Positions 11,001 to 19,482 of a stretch of DNA of 64,000 nt are shown here, in pieces. Below the pieces are notes generated by a model. It searched no databases. It worked only from the letters and a program-made list of their open reading frames with translations, and was not told the origin of the DNA. Source of the DNA: an uncultured Prevotella sp. (GTDB lineage: Bacteria > Bacteroidota > Bacteroidia > Bacteroidales > Bacteroidaceae). The stretch is from positions 3,808 to 67,807 of the forward strand of contig UQJC01000004.1 of NCBI GenBank assembly GCA_900541335.1, written 5' to 3'. A program made the translations under genes and the position numbers. Position 1 is the stretch's first letter; the number at the start of each line of letters is the position of its first letter.

Positions 11001-11811
11001 ATTAGCCAATCAAGGAGGCTACACACTGCAAGCAGGTCAACTCGTCCGTTGTTCGTCACAGGGAGCCTCGCTCAGCTCGATGCGTTGGTTCCTTGCCCTT
11101 ACCTCACAAGGAAGCTCTACACTTCCCCAGGTAATTCGCTTGGTCGAAAAGGGACAGGCTGCGATTGGCAACCTATCTATCCGAACGAACGAAGGCTACG
11201 CCACGCTATTCCATCCCACAGCCTACGTCATGCCTCAAGGCGTTACAGGATATGCCGTAACCCAGGCTGATGCTGCACACGGCACACTGACATTGACCCC
11301 AGCTTACCGCGCAGGAGAGACCGTTCCGGCCGCTACTCCCCTGTTAGTCAAGGGAGCACGCCGCGACTATTTGCTCTTTGCCCCGACAGGCGACCAACCT
11401 ATCGGTCCCAATCCGCCGGCAGACAACCTGCTCCTTGGCAGTAACGAAGAAGGACTGACAGAAGCCCCCGAAGGTGGCGATACCTCCAGCTATCGTTTCT
11501 ACAAGCTCTACTACTCCTCGGTTGACACGGGAATCCCCACGTTGGGATTCTACTGGGGAAGCCCAGATGGAGGACCGTTTACGAACCAGGCGGGAAAAGC
11601 CTATTTAGCCCTGCCTGCCGATGTGGCAGCACAGGTGAGAGGTTTCTCGCTCACGAATGACCCGCAAACGGGATGTATCCTTCCGACCCAATCAAGCGAG
11701 GGCACTCCGGTAGTTTACACGCTGACGGGCATTCGCCTCTACCCCACGGCTCAACGTCCGCTTTCACCGGGCGTATACATCATCAACGGCCAAAAGGTCT
11801 TGATAAAGTAA
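8023..11811 (+). CDS. T9SS-secreted zinc metalloprotease (metzincin, HExxHxxGxxH + Met-turn) with large uncharacterised C-terminal region and Por/T9SS C-terminal sorting domain
   Basis: Signal peptide MKFNLLVGLCLPLGASAQ. Catalytic motif HELGHLFGAKHTH followed by SIMSY. The final ~70 aa (…YTLTGIRLYPT…GVYIINGQKVLIK) match a T9SS CTD. 1262 aa. Confidence 0.8.
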   Translation: MKFNLLVGLCLPLGASAQTADPLSAIDNAGNRCEVVIPPGYDTPSQQPFSIHPLGEPSRFPLPETNKQIFDNGYEYVYRLALCVSPEYVNGTYGGDLTKVRQWVREIGEYLNMVYQRDLGIRFIVIEDDKLLLTDSPNYPIEDSYGTKIINEKIGTEAYDCGILIRPTHNGLSGRTLLGGVYQSYNKGNAMANSDMGTIAHELGHLFGAKHTHQKNDALCTEPGYGQSIMSYGEPRNAFALSSVLAIRSRLKSQCYYTSSDRNPNEIEGGIPEPDANIPYVVKSTYTKPVLDRRQLRSNYTIPEGTNFQFYIPTSNTSATFTYGAQTYDPGVYGYQTNALQPTYNLGKHPCVMFQPYYDEGHNNEGKTDAVLVPYSDAFRAGRYQFLLAAADHGRYDIEPVYLHIVKGKPFKMKTDIKMDQFQGKPLSLSWEPCQELYGTDSKVRILLSDDFGQTYKYVLDDNVPNTGSWNGYWPYVTIEKTGYRNFSQPIRGGVIKIEVKDEAAYCVSKELPAYLNPNITYVGGFLLGDRSTYVRFKDGPQPYLEVSDESQVPALSDLQAYHKNDTGKTVWAKGEETRDGHVIRRRWTASINGTSSTYTQLIVIQDESLLERKGLENRADELRPQALDLYRNKGAMGYPKTDLPEMQAFLKAYQAVFNTEGKVQPDATDEKLQQLGQSLIELAAIGDDQVVRPASKGYYRLRNYQDLYGRAAYYYLKQGTDAQTPDIFTPQAEEATLWRCMESEGKFTFVAEDGRKLYIEQLINPGYRETLRLDRGYTWGAFTLVDETGACGQLSQNGNWVTRNENYASDPQGYRTNRNSLVSTDFQWLSVPAVEASTSAGKGVWNILTDPQRLTLNDAYTHLHVGNSVSVKQLQLTRTFADTEWQPLYLPFTTKVQEWMKHCEVAQIDGLAWQGNHATGTPAQTVLEWVKVTEGTLRANQPYLIRAKQAGTFTFDFSPTTVEPTLASRIDLSQPQVKASLNGNYEVLTGEQLANQGGYTLQAGQLVRCSSQGASLSSMRWFLALTSQGSSTLPQVIRLVEKGQAAIGNLSIRTNEGYATLFHPTAYVMPQGVTGYAVTQADAAHGTLTLTPAYRAGETVPAATPLLVKGARRDYLLFAPTGDQPIGPNPPADNLLLGSNEEGLTEAPEGGDTSSYRFYKLYYSSVDTGIPTLGFYWGSPDGGPFTNQAGKAYLALPADVAAQVRGFSLTNDPQTGCILPTQSSEGTPVVYTLTGIRLYPTAQRPLSPGVYIINGQKVLIK

Positions 11812-11821
11812 ACGACAAACA

Positions 11822-11866
11822 AAACCTCCAACGCTTGGGTATAAGCGTTGGAGGTTATTTGCTTTT
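11822..11866 (+). terminator. Rho-independent terminator after protease gene
   Basis: 14-bp perfect stem AACCTCCAACGCTT/AAGCGTTGGAGGTT followed by a T-rich tract. Confidence 0.6.
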
Positions 11867-11889
11867 TCTAAGGACGAACCACTGTCATC

Positions 11890-11937
11890 AAAAAAATGTT
11901 CCCGAAGGGTACAACCACCTTCGGGAACATTTTTTTA
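11890..11937. terminator. Bidirectional rho-independent terminator between convergent genes
   Basis: A7 run, a 12-bp stem TGTTCCCGAAGG/CCTTCGGGAACA, then a T7 run. Functional in both orientations. Confidence 0.7.
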
Positions 11938-12093
11938 TGCTGTAAAAACGATGCGTGCCGGTTTGGCTTCACCGTCAACAAACTCACCCCTCGCTGAGGG
12001 CACCAGGAGCAAACCGCTGTGCTACCGTTGGGGGGCACCATCCCGTCTCCCGACGATAACAGAGAGTTCTGATGGGGGAAAAGCCGAGCCTAT

Positions 12094-14172
12094 TTACTTT
12101 CGGACACTGGTCAAATAGTCTGCAAACTGCTCACGGGTACCGTTGAATACATTGATGTCGACTTCGCCGTGAATGCCCCGTACGCGACCATAGGGAGTCA
12201 GTTGCCAATGCAGCAGGCGCACGTAGGGTTTGAACTCGCCGTAACGCGCAATCCACACATCATACTTCTGCAGGGCTGCCGGAGCCTGTGGCAAATGGTG
12301 GTTGACAAAGTTCTGACCGACATAAAGCACCGGCCGCTTGCCGCATCGCTTTTCGACCGTACGGAGCCACACCAAAACCTGCGCGAACATCACACTGTCG
12401 CCACCGGCACAGCGAATCTGATAGTCGGTAGGCTCTAAATCGAGCACGGGAGGCAGGTCGTGCGGCCGGACAGACGACCGGCGAAGGAAATGAGCCGCTT
12501 GTTGTGCCCCGCTGCTGGTCAAACTAAAGAAATGATAAGTTCCCACCGGAATGGCATGACGACGTACTTGACGAAGATCGGTGGCATAATAGGGGTTGAG
12601 CACCGTACGTCCCTCAGTTGACTTGATATAGACGAAGGAAACGGGGTAATCTACGTTTCCCTGCACTCGACGCCCTGCGCCGAGACTGGTGATGCGCAAC
12701 CGCTCCCAGTCAATGGCGTATTTCTTCTTGCCCTTACCGTGCTGGTAACGTGAAATGTCGATACCATAGATGCGATCGGCAGTATAGACCATGCGTTCAC
12801 CACGAAACTTCCCGTGTCGCCAGTCACCACAACGTACCAATTGACCGGGACGGGCACTAAATCCGTGTCCACTGCGTTGCCCATCCTTCCACGCACCTGC
12901 ATAATGCTCCTTCCAAGGTTTCGTTTCGACTCCCAGACCTGAAGGTTGGTAACGGGCATTAAATTCTCCTCGGTACGATGCCTGCCGCGTGAGGCGTACA
13001 CCCGTTACCAGGGTATCGGCCTGCCATTCTCCTTCATAAACCGTGTCGCCCGGAGCGTAAAGTCTGCCCCACCCCTGTCGCAAAGGACGCTGACCTGTAG
13101 CGTGGACAACCTGCCCCTCGTAAAGAAGGCTGTCAACCGTCAGCATGCGTTGTACACTGAAAGCAGAACGAGGTCTGCGCGGCGTTGCAGAACGTAACCA
13201 ACCTTGAAGCCAGGCACACACGTTGCGTGCGGCCCATACAGGAAGGGGGTGAACATCGTAAACCAAACGGGCTATCCGATGCCCGTCAATCCGTTGACCC
13301 CCGCCTTGAAGTCCGCATAGCTGCCCCGAAGCATTCACCCAGGCACCTCCCTCGGTAGCGGGATAAGCTGTTTCGGTAGCCTTCAACACCTGAGGTTGTG
13401 CGGTGGCAGTCGGACCGCCAAAGTCCTGGTATGCGTAGAGTTGGGGGTTGCCTACGTAGGTCGGTAATCGGTAAATGGTAAAACGACTGCTTCCAGCGGG
13501 CAAAGTTGCACCATCTAACTGTAATAGAAGCATGCCATCGCGCCTAACGACACGGTGTGCGCTACACAGGGTATCGTGAGCGGCGGGACGCACACGAACC
13601 CAACTGCGCAAGTAAGCTTCGCGCGAGGGTTGCTGCAATCCTTGCTGGACACGGCGATACAAACTGTCAAGTTGTCGAAGTTCACGACCGATACGCTCGC
13701 GATAAGCCATAACTTCGTTGTACCCATCGTCGACCACAGAGTGACGACGGGCGTACTCATCGAGCGACTGGCGCACAGCACGGTGGTGTTGGCGTGCTTC
13801 AATCAAGAAGCTGTCGGCGACAGAGAGTCTACGCCGTACGTCAGCCCCAGCAAGCGTATCGGGAACACGGCCTACCAAACTATCGGTTGTCAACAAATGG
13901 CCCTCGCGACTGATAAACACAGCGGTAAGGTCCACCCGCGTCACGACACTGTCGGGATGGAGCGAAACGGGATAGAAACAATCGCTGCCCAAGGGAAAAT
14001 AAAGGGTGTCGCCCTTGGCCAGGGGCAGGACATAATAACTGGTTGCCTCGACACGGCAGAGGCTGTCGAGGCGGGTCTGTCGGCGGTTGGGAACAAAAGC
14101 CCACAGCAGGCCTGCCAAAAGCAGAACCGCTGTGGGAATCAGAATTTTAATCGAAATGTTGTGTCTGTTCAT
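12094..14172 (-). CDS. GH25-family muramidase (lysozyme) with N-terminal signal-anchor, central MORN-like repeats and C-terminal GH25 catalytic domain
   Basis: C-terminal motifs YGIDISRYQ…IDW, FVYIKSTEG, GTYHF, LDLE and DINVFNG match GH25. MORN-like YEGEW/YRGEF/G.G repeats lie in the middle. N-terminal hydrophobic anchor. Confidence 0.75.
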   Translation of the reverse strand: MNRHNISIKILIPTAVLLLAGLLWAFVPNRRQTRLDSLCRVEATSYYVLPLAKGDTLYFPLGSDCFYPVSLHPDSVVTRVDLTAVFISREGHLLTTDSLVGRVPDTLAGADVRRRLSVADSFLIEARQHHRAVRQSLDEYARRHSVVDDGYNEVMAYRERIGRELRQLDSLYRRVQQGLQQPSREAYLRSWVRVRPAAHDTLCSAHRVVRRDGMLLLQLDGATLPAGSSRFTIYRLPTYVGNPQLYAYQDFGGPTATAQPQVLKATETAYPATEGGAWVNASGQLCGLQGGGQRIDGHRIARLVYDVHPLPVWAARNVCAWLQGWLRSATPRRPRSAFSVQRMLTVDSLLYEGQVVHATGQRPLRQGWGRLYAPGDTVYEGEWQADTLVTGVRLTRQASYRGEFNARYQPSGLGVETKPWKEHYAGAWKDGQRSGHGFSARPGQLVRCGDWRHGKFRGERMVYTADRIYGIDISRYQHGKGKKKYAIDWERLRITSLGAGRRVQGNVDYPVSFVYIKSTEGRTVLNPYYATDLRQVRRHAIPVGTYHFFSLTSSGAQQAAHFLRRSSVRPHDLPPVLDLEPTDYQIRCAGGDSVMFAQVLVWLRTVEKRCGKRPVLYVGQNFVNHHLPQAPAALQKYDVWIARYGEFKPYVRLLHWQLTPYGRVRGIHGEVDINVFNGTREQFADYLTSVRK

Positions 14173-14310
14173 GAAGAAGACCTTTTAGGCTGGTTCTATT
14201 AATTATCTGTTATAAGTGGAAGGTTGAAGAGTTTCTGTAGCAAGGTCCTTGACTTGACGAATAAACATTAAACTCCTGAACTCCTAAACTATAATTGATA
14301 GAACACCCCT

Positions 14311-16800
14311 TTACATACCACTGGGAGCACCTCCCTGTTCGTTACCTTGTCCACCCGTACTCTTCACATCGGTATTTTCGATGGAACGTACCACCTTACG
14401 CACCGAGGCTTTGAGGTCGCCGAGGCGGTAACGGATGCCGATGGAGAAGGTGCCTTGTTTCATGCTCGAACGCGTAATCATACGGTATTGTTCCGTTTGG
14501 GTGATGTTCGTGTAATGCACACGCTTCGGCAGGAAACCACCCGCTCCGAGCGAAACGGTCAGGCGGTCGTCTTTGAGAAAACCGCGGCTGAGGTTGAGGT
14601 GGTAAAAATAGTAACTGGGACTCTTCCCTTCGAGCGAAACAGATTTGCTGCCGCCTCCACCAAAGAGGCTGAACTTGAGTTTCCAAGGCAAAGTCTGCGT
14701 GACACCACCGTAGCCGTTGGCAGCAAAACCCCAATTGTGTTGGCGAAGCTGGCGCACACGGTAGTCTGAATAGCTGCCGCTGGCGTTGACAAAGATGGAA
14801 GTAGTCTTGCCTACAGTCCAGTTGAGGTAAGCGTTGAGGTTCCACACTTTCTCATGCAGGAACTCGCCGTAGGTGGAGTGCAACAGGCCGTCCTTCAGAA
14901 AAGTATAGTCGGTCATGCCGTTGTTGCCAAACGAATAGTTCAGGCTGAGGTTGAGCGAGAGTTTCGGACCAAACGTGTTGTAAGCCAACTCGAACTGGTG
15001 ACTCTGGGCACTCGTCAGGTTGGGATTACCATAGCTGACGTTACCGGGCGAACTGTAATCGGCATAAGGCGAAAGCATGTCGATGGAGGGACGGGCAATG
15101 CGGAGGTTGTAACCCAATTTGAGCATTTGCGTAGTCGTCAGGCTGTAAGCCATGCTCAAGGAGGGCACCCAGTCACTCAAGTGCGAGCTAAACGAAGGAC
15201 GTTTGCCGTCGGGGTAGGTAGCTCGATAATGATAATACTCGTAACGGCAACCTGCCAACATCGACCAGGACTTGAGTTTAAGCTTGTATTCCGCGTAAGC
15301 AGCTCCGATGTCACCGCGATGGCGGAAGCGGAGGCTCTGCGCTTCGTTGCGAACGAACTCCTCCTCACTTCCAGCCTTGCGACTCCACTCCGTGTTGTCG
15401 CTCTGATTGAGTCGGCTGATGTATTTTGCTCCGACCGACAGGGTATGCAACTTGCCCAAGGGGGTAGTAAAGTCGAGTTGCACGGTATGCTCGTTGTTGA
15501 GCTGGTCTGGGTCGGTACGGCGGTCAAGGAGTTCAAGGGTTTGAGGCACCTGTACGAGGTCAGAATAAATGCCCTGCGTCTGGTTGTTCGTGGGGTTATG
15601 GCCAAAACGATAAGAGAACGTCAGATTACAATCCTCGGCAAAGGTGTGTTGGAAGTCTGCCGAGGCGTTGAGATTGGTGGAACGCATCTTGCCCTTGTTC
15701 CACTGGTGGTAAGAGTAGACGGGATTCCACTCACGGTCGCTCATCCGGAAGTCTACATCGGCATCGTAGTCCACCTTCCAGCCAAAAAGCCCGACGGAGA
15801 CACTGAGCAAGTCCTTGGGCGAAAATTCATAGCTGGCATCGAGGTTGCCATGTTGAAAGAAACTCTTGTTCGTTTGCGAATTGGCTGTCGTAAACCAGTG
15901 ATTGACATCCTCGTCAAAGGCTTCGCGCTCTCCTGTGGAGTATGACGCAGGCTGTTTTTGGAGTCCGGCACCATAATAAGCCGAAAGGGTTAACTTGCCC
16001 AATTGAGCCATGCCAAAGAAACCGGCATTGCCACCTCGGTTGCTGAAGGTGAGACTCGGGGTCACCACGTAACCCGAAGTTGTCACCTGGCTTTCGGTCA
16101 CAATGTTGAGCACACCTGCCACTCCCTCTGCATCATACTTTGCGCCTGGGTTGGTGATCACTTCCACCTTCTTGATGGTCGAGGCGGGAAAGCTTTTGAG
16201 CACTTCCTTCGGGTTGGAAGTCATCATCTTATTGGGCTTACCGTTGACGTACACCGCAAAACTGTTGCTGCCGTTGACCTTGATATTGTCTTCACCATCC
16301 ACCGTAACCATAGGCACCTTGCGCAACATTTCGAGCGTCGTGTTGGTTTGGGCTTCGGGGTCATCGGCCATGGAGTACGTGAGTTTGTCAATCTCAGCAC
16401 GAACCAACGGCTTTTGCGCCGTCACGGTGGCCGTAGCGAGTGTATTGCTCAGCTCTTTCAGATAGAGCGTGTCGAGTTTAACCACCGATTTTCCCTCCGT
16501 GAGCGTCACTTCGCGGCGCAAAGGTTGCATACCGATAACTATTGCTTCGAGGGTAAAAGTTCCGTGTCGCGGTACGGGAAGGCTGAATTGTCCGTTAGCT
16601 TGGGTCGTAGCCACACGCAACGGCTTTCCCTTTACTCCTTTTTCCATCAAGCGAAGCGTGGCAAAGGCTTGCGGTTCGTGGGTAGCTGAGTCGCAAAGTA
16701 TGCCCTCAACGCGCAACTTGGCGGACTGGGCATAAACAGTTACAGATGTTGCAAGCAGAGCTGCCGTCAGGCTGACCAGTCTGCATACAGTATGTTTCAT
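14311..16800 (-). CDS. Outer-membrane beta-barrel / TonB-dependent-receptor-like protein with N-terminal carboxypeptidase-regulatory-like domain
   Basis: Signal peptide and a CarbopepD_reg-like N-domain (LRVEGILCDSAT…). Long beta-strand-rich region ending in an aromatic C-terminal residue pattern. 829 aa. Confidence 0.7.
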   Translation of the reverse strand: MKHTVCRLVSLTAALLATSVTVYAQSAKLRVEGILCDSATHEPQAFATLRLMEKGVKGKPLRVATTQANGQFSLPVPRHGTFTLEAIVIGMQPLRREVTLTEGKSVVKLDTLYLKELSNTLATATVTAQKPLVRAEIDKLTYSMADDPEAQTNTTLEMLRKVPMVTVDGEDNIKVNGSNSFAVYVNGKPNKMMTSNPKEVLKSFPASTIKKVEVITNPGAKYDAEGVAGVLNIVTESQVTTSGYVVTPSLTFSNRGGNAGFFGMAQLGKLTLSAYYGAGLQKQPASYSTGEREAFDEDVNHWFTTANSQTNKSFFQHGNLDASYEFSPKDLLSVSVGLFGWKVDYDADVDFRMSDREWNPVYSYHQWNKGKMRSTNLNASADFQHTFAEDCNLTFSYRFGHNPTNNQTQGIYSDLVQVPQTLELLDRRTDPDQLNNEHTVQLDFTTPLGKLHTLSVGAKYISRLNQSDNTEWSRKAGSEEEFVRNEAQSLRFRHRGDIGAAYAEYKLKLKSWSMLAGCRYEYYHYRATYPDGKRPSFSSHLSDWVPSLSMAYSLTTTQMLKLGYNLRIARPSIDMLSPYADYSSPGNVSYGNPNLTSAQSHQFELAYNTFGPKLSLNLSLNYSFGNNGMTDYTFLKDGLLHSTYGEFLHEKVWNLNAYLNWTVGKTTSIFVNASGSYSDYRVRQLRQHNWGFAANGYGGVTQTLPWKLKFSLFGGGGSKSVSLEGKSPSYYFYHLNLSRGFLKDDRLTVSLGAGGFLPKRVHYTNITQTEQYRMITRSSMKQGTFSIGIRYRLGDLKASVRKVVRSIENTDVKSTGGQGNEQGGAPSGM

Positions 16801-16998
16801 TGGGCTTTGTGTTTAGTTGGGGGCAAAAGTACAATTTATAAGGGAAAATAAGGAGAAGAAAAAGTGAGAAACCCCACACAAAAATGAGAAGGAAAGCGGA
16901 TGAAGAGGTGAAACAATTTCACACACTTCGAAGGAACTCTAAAGACGGGATGTTTCAGCTGGATCCAAACGATGAAAACTGCAAGAAGGAGAATAAAA

Positions 16999-17160
16999 CG
17001 ATTTCCCAACGGCTTGGGAAACTGTTTTAAGGAGCTAGAAGGGTTTCCCAACGGCTTGGGAAACTGTTTTAAGGAGCTAGAAGGGTTTCCAAACAGCTTG
17101 GGAAACCGTTTTAGGGAGCTAGAAGGGTTTCCAAACAACTTGGGAAACCGTTTTAGGAGG
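16999..17160. repeat. Tandem array A: ~4 x 42-bp direct repeats each containing palindrome GTTTCCCAA-cggc-TTGGGAAAC
   Basis: Units at 16999, 17042, 17084 and 17126. The last unit is truncated or diverged. Units 1-2 are identical. Confidence 0.9.
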
Positions 17161-17524
17161 ATTGTAGGGTGTCAAAAGGTAAATGGAGCTACCTGAACAG
17201 GATTTAGCAGACACGAAATCACGTAACGCCCCCTTACTCTATCGTTTATCGAACATTAAGAGCCACTGGTTCGGCTACTTCAAACAGCATGCTGACGGTC
17301 AAAAAACAATGCGCTATAGCCCAATGTCCAACTCTGGAGACCAATCATCAGGGATTCAAAAGACTGTCATATAAACGGCGGCATACGCAAAGAATAAACC
17401 ATGAACCTTGTAGAAGCACATTTCCTCAAAAAAAGAATGGGGCTGCTTAGCTCTTGTATATCAATTAAAAACTCAACTTTTCTCACCACATCGAACATAA
17501 TGATTTAAAAAAATCGCTCAGACA

Positions 17525-17556
17525 TTTGGTCAGTTCTGAGGAATGCACTACTTTTG
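17525..17556 (+). promoter_or_regulatory. Candidate Bacteroidetes sigma-AB promoter for tRNA (-33 TTTG, -7 TACTTTTG)
   Basis: TTTG at 17525-17528 and TAnnTTTG match at 17549-17556, with about 20 nt spacing, roughly 40 nt upstream of the tRNA 5' end. Confidence 0.45.
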
Positions 17557-17597
17557 CACTCGCAAACGGGAAACAACAACACCGCAAGCAAGAAAAT

Positions 17598-17671
17598 GGC
17601 GCGATAGCTCAGCTGGTTAGAGCGCATGATTCATAATCATGAGGTCCCCAGTTCAATCCTGGGTCGCGCTA
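17598..17671 (+). tRNA. tRNA with CAT anticodon (elongator tRNA-Met or lysidine-modified tRNA-Ile2)
   Basis: Manual cloverleaf fold: acceptor GGCGCGA/TCGCGCT, D stem GCTC/GAGC, anticodon stem CATGA/TCATG with loop TTCATAA, T stem CCCAG/CTGGG with loop TTCAATC, discriminator A. No encoded CCA. Confidence 0.85.
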
Positions 17672-17675
17672 CAAA

Positions 17676-17713
17676 AGGCAGTGACAACTTAAAGGTTGTC
17701 ACTGCCTTTTTTC
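17676..17713 (+). terminator. Rho-independent terminator after tRNA
   Basis: 13-bp perfect stem AGGCAGTGACAAC/GTTGTCACTGCCT followed by T6. Confidence 0.8.
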
Positions 17714-18170
17714 TTTCATCCCATTCTTATATGATTTCGAATAGGCGGTGGCTCTACGCTTACCAATCGGTAGGAGTAGCAAGTTACAAAATGTAGCTTA
17801 CCCGACAGAATCGGAGGAACAGGAATATACCGTAGGGAATCAGCCTCCCTAACTTTATCGAATCACCTGTATCCACTTCACTCCATTTACATACAAAATA
17901 ATTAGCCAAGCAAAGCCTTCCATGAAACAATGCTGCTTCATGGAAGGCTTTGCTTGGCTCTGATATGATTATCCCAACCGAGTGTCGCAAGCTAAGGCTG
18001 TGTGCTACCTTATTTCTCAAGGGGATGCCTCACCCTGGCTGCAGTATCACTAGGTTAACATACCCATGAAGGACTACGTCAGGAGGACGAACCAAGGATG
18101 AAAGGTAACACTGCCCCACGCCAAAGCGAGAACTCAATAGAAACCAGTGATTAAAGCCTGGTCCCCCCCT

Positions 18171-19310
18171 TTAAACTTTCAAATAGATGCCCTTGCGGTG
18201 CATTGCACGAAGGATGAGGAAGATAATCAAGACCTGGGCACAGGTAAGAATGAAGGGATAGTAAGTCGGAAAATGGTGTTGAAGACCATAAAGGACGGAA
18301 TGGGCTACTCCCCGAAAGTTGACGACTTCGCTCAACAGGTATGCGGTGATGGAATTCATGCCATAGACTTTGAGAAAGTCAAGGAAGATATGCCAATGGA
18401 GGACGTCATAAACGTAATAGAAAAGTCCCATAAGCAGAAAGCAAAGGCCGCTGCTGAACAATACCATTGAGGAGGTCCACAAGGGCTTGATGATGGGGAG
18501 ATAGTTGCTCCACAACCATCCCAACAAGACGAAAGCGGTGCCAAGGACGAGATAAAGGGTCAAACGGGGTAAACGGGCTTCGCGCGCAATGCGACCCGCC
18601 AACATCCCACTGAGGGCGGTGACACCAAAGGTGAGACTACTGAGAATCCACGTGTAGTGATACCAGGGGGCGAAGTGTACCTGACCTGCCGCATCTACGG
18701 TAGCCGCGTCACGGTAACGCCCCAGAACGGTACGGTCTATCCATTCGGCAAGATTGCCCGTGGGCGTGTAGTTACCTCCGCCATAACCGTCAACGGTGAT
18801 GAATTCCATCGCTCCCCAATAGGCAAGAAGCAAAAGTACTGCCGAGATGATTTGTACCCGCCAGCCGCTGAACATATAGAAGAGGGAGGCTATGAAGTAA
18901 CCGGCGGCTATGGACTGCAGGGTATTGGAATAGAGATAAACGCGGGTCGCATCGAGCCCCAGCAAATTGCCCTGAACAACCATGCCAAGTAACCACAGCA
19001 ACAATACACGGCGAAACAGACGCATGAAAAAGGGCAGGTATTTGCCTTCACGCTTCATGCGGGCTAAGGCAAAAGGAATGGAAACTCCCGACATGAAGAC
19101 GAAGAGCGGCATGATGAGGTCCCAGGGACTGAAGCCTTCCCAGTCTTTGTGGGTAAAGATTTCGCGCAACCAACTGAGGGAAGTGTCGCCCGAGGCATCG
19201 AGGTAATGGAGCACCAGCGGTCCGAGAGCGACCAAAACAAAGAGGTCGAAACCACGCAACGCATCGAGGGAAGCCAGACGAGAAGAGGTGGAAGGAGTGG
19301 ATTTCTTCAT
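18171..19310 (-). CDS. DUF5009/DUF1624 acyltransferase-family membrane protein (heparan-alpha-glucosaminide N-acetyltransferase-like)
   Basis: Polytopic membrane protein. The start was chosen at internal MKKSTPS (19310). The LDALRGFDLF motif is typical of HGSNAT-like acyltransferase_3 proteins. Confidence 0.6.
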   Translation of the reverse strand: MKKSTPSTSSRLASLDALRGFDLFVLVALGPLVLHYLDASGDTSLSWLREIFTHKDWEGFSPWDLIMPLFVFMSGVSIPFALARMKREGKYLPFFMRLFRRVLLLWLLGMVVQGNLLGLDATRVYLYSNTLQSIAAGYFIASLFYMFSGWRVQIISAVLLLLAYWGAMEFITVDGYGGGNYTPTGNLAEWIDRTVLGRYRDAATVDAAGQVHFAPWYHYTWILSSLTFGVTALSGMLAGRIAREARLPRLTLYLVLGTAFVLLGWLWSNYLPIIKPLWTSSMVLFSSGLCFLLMGLFYYVYDVLHWHIFLDFLKVYGMNSITAYLLSEVVNFRGVAHSVLYGLQHHFPTYYPFILTCAQVLIIFLILRAMHRKGIYLKV

Positions 19311-19482
19311 GGACAAGCAAGAAAATAGATGGAACAATACGGAAAAGCCGGAACAGAGAGCAACTTGAAGTTTTCTCTGTTCCGGCTGAATGTGACAGGA
19401 CAAGAATGTCATGCGAGGGGGCAGAACAAACATCAGCCTATGCCGGAACGCCTTCGCATCTCCTGTCAACCCGACAAAACGC

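Noticed and set aside
17183-17374. 63-aa ORF between array A and the tRNA
   Set aside because: It lies in the tRNA promoter-upstream region with no conserved-looking features or start context. It is probably non-coding.
17598-18170. Genomic island or prophage integrated at the tRNA
   Set aside because: There is no integrase, recombinase or direct repeat of the tRNA 3' end nearby. Flanking genes are ordinary housekeeping genes (acyltransferase, pyrH).
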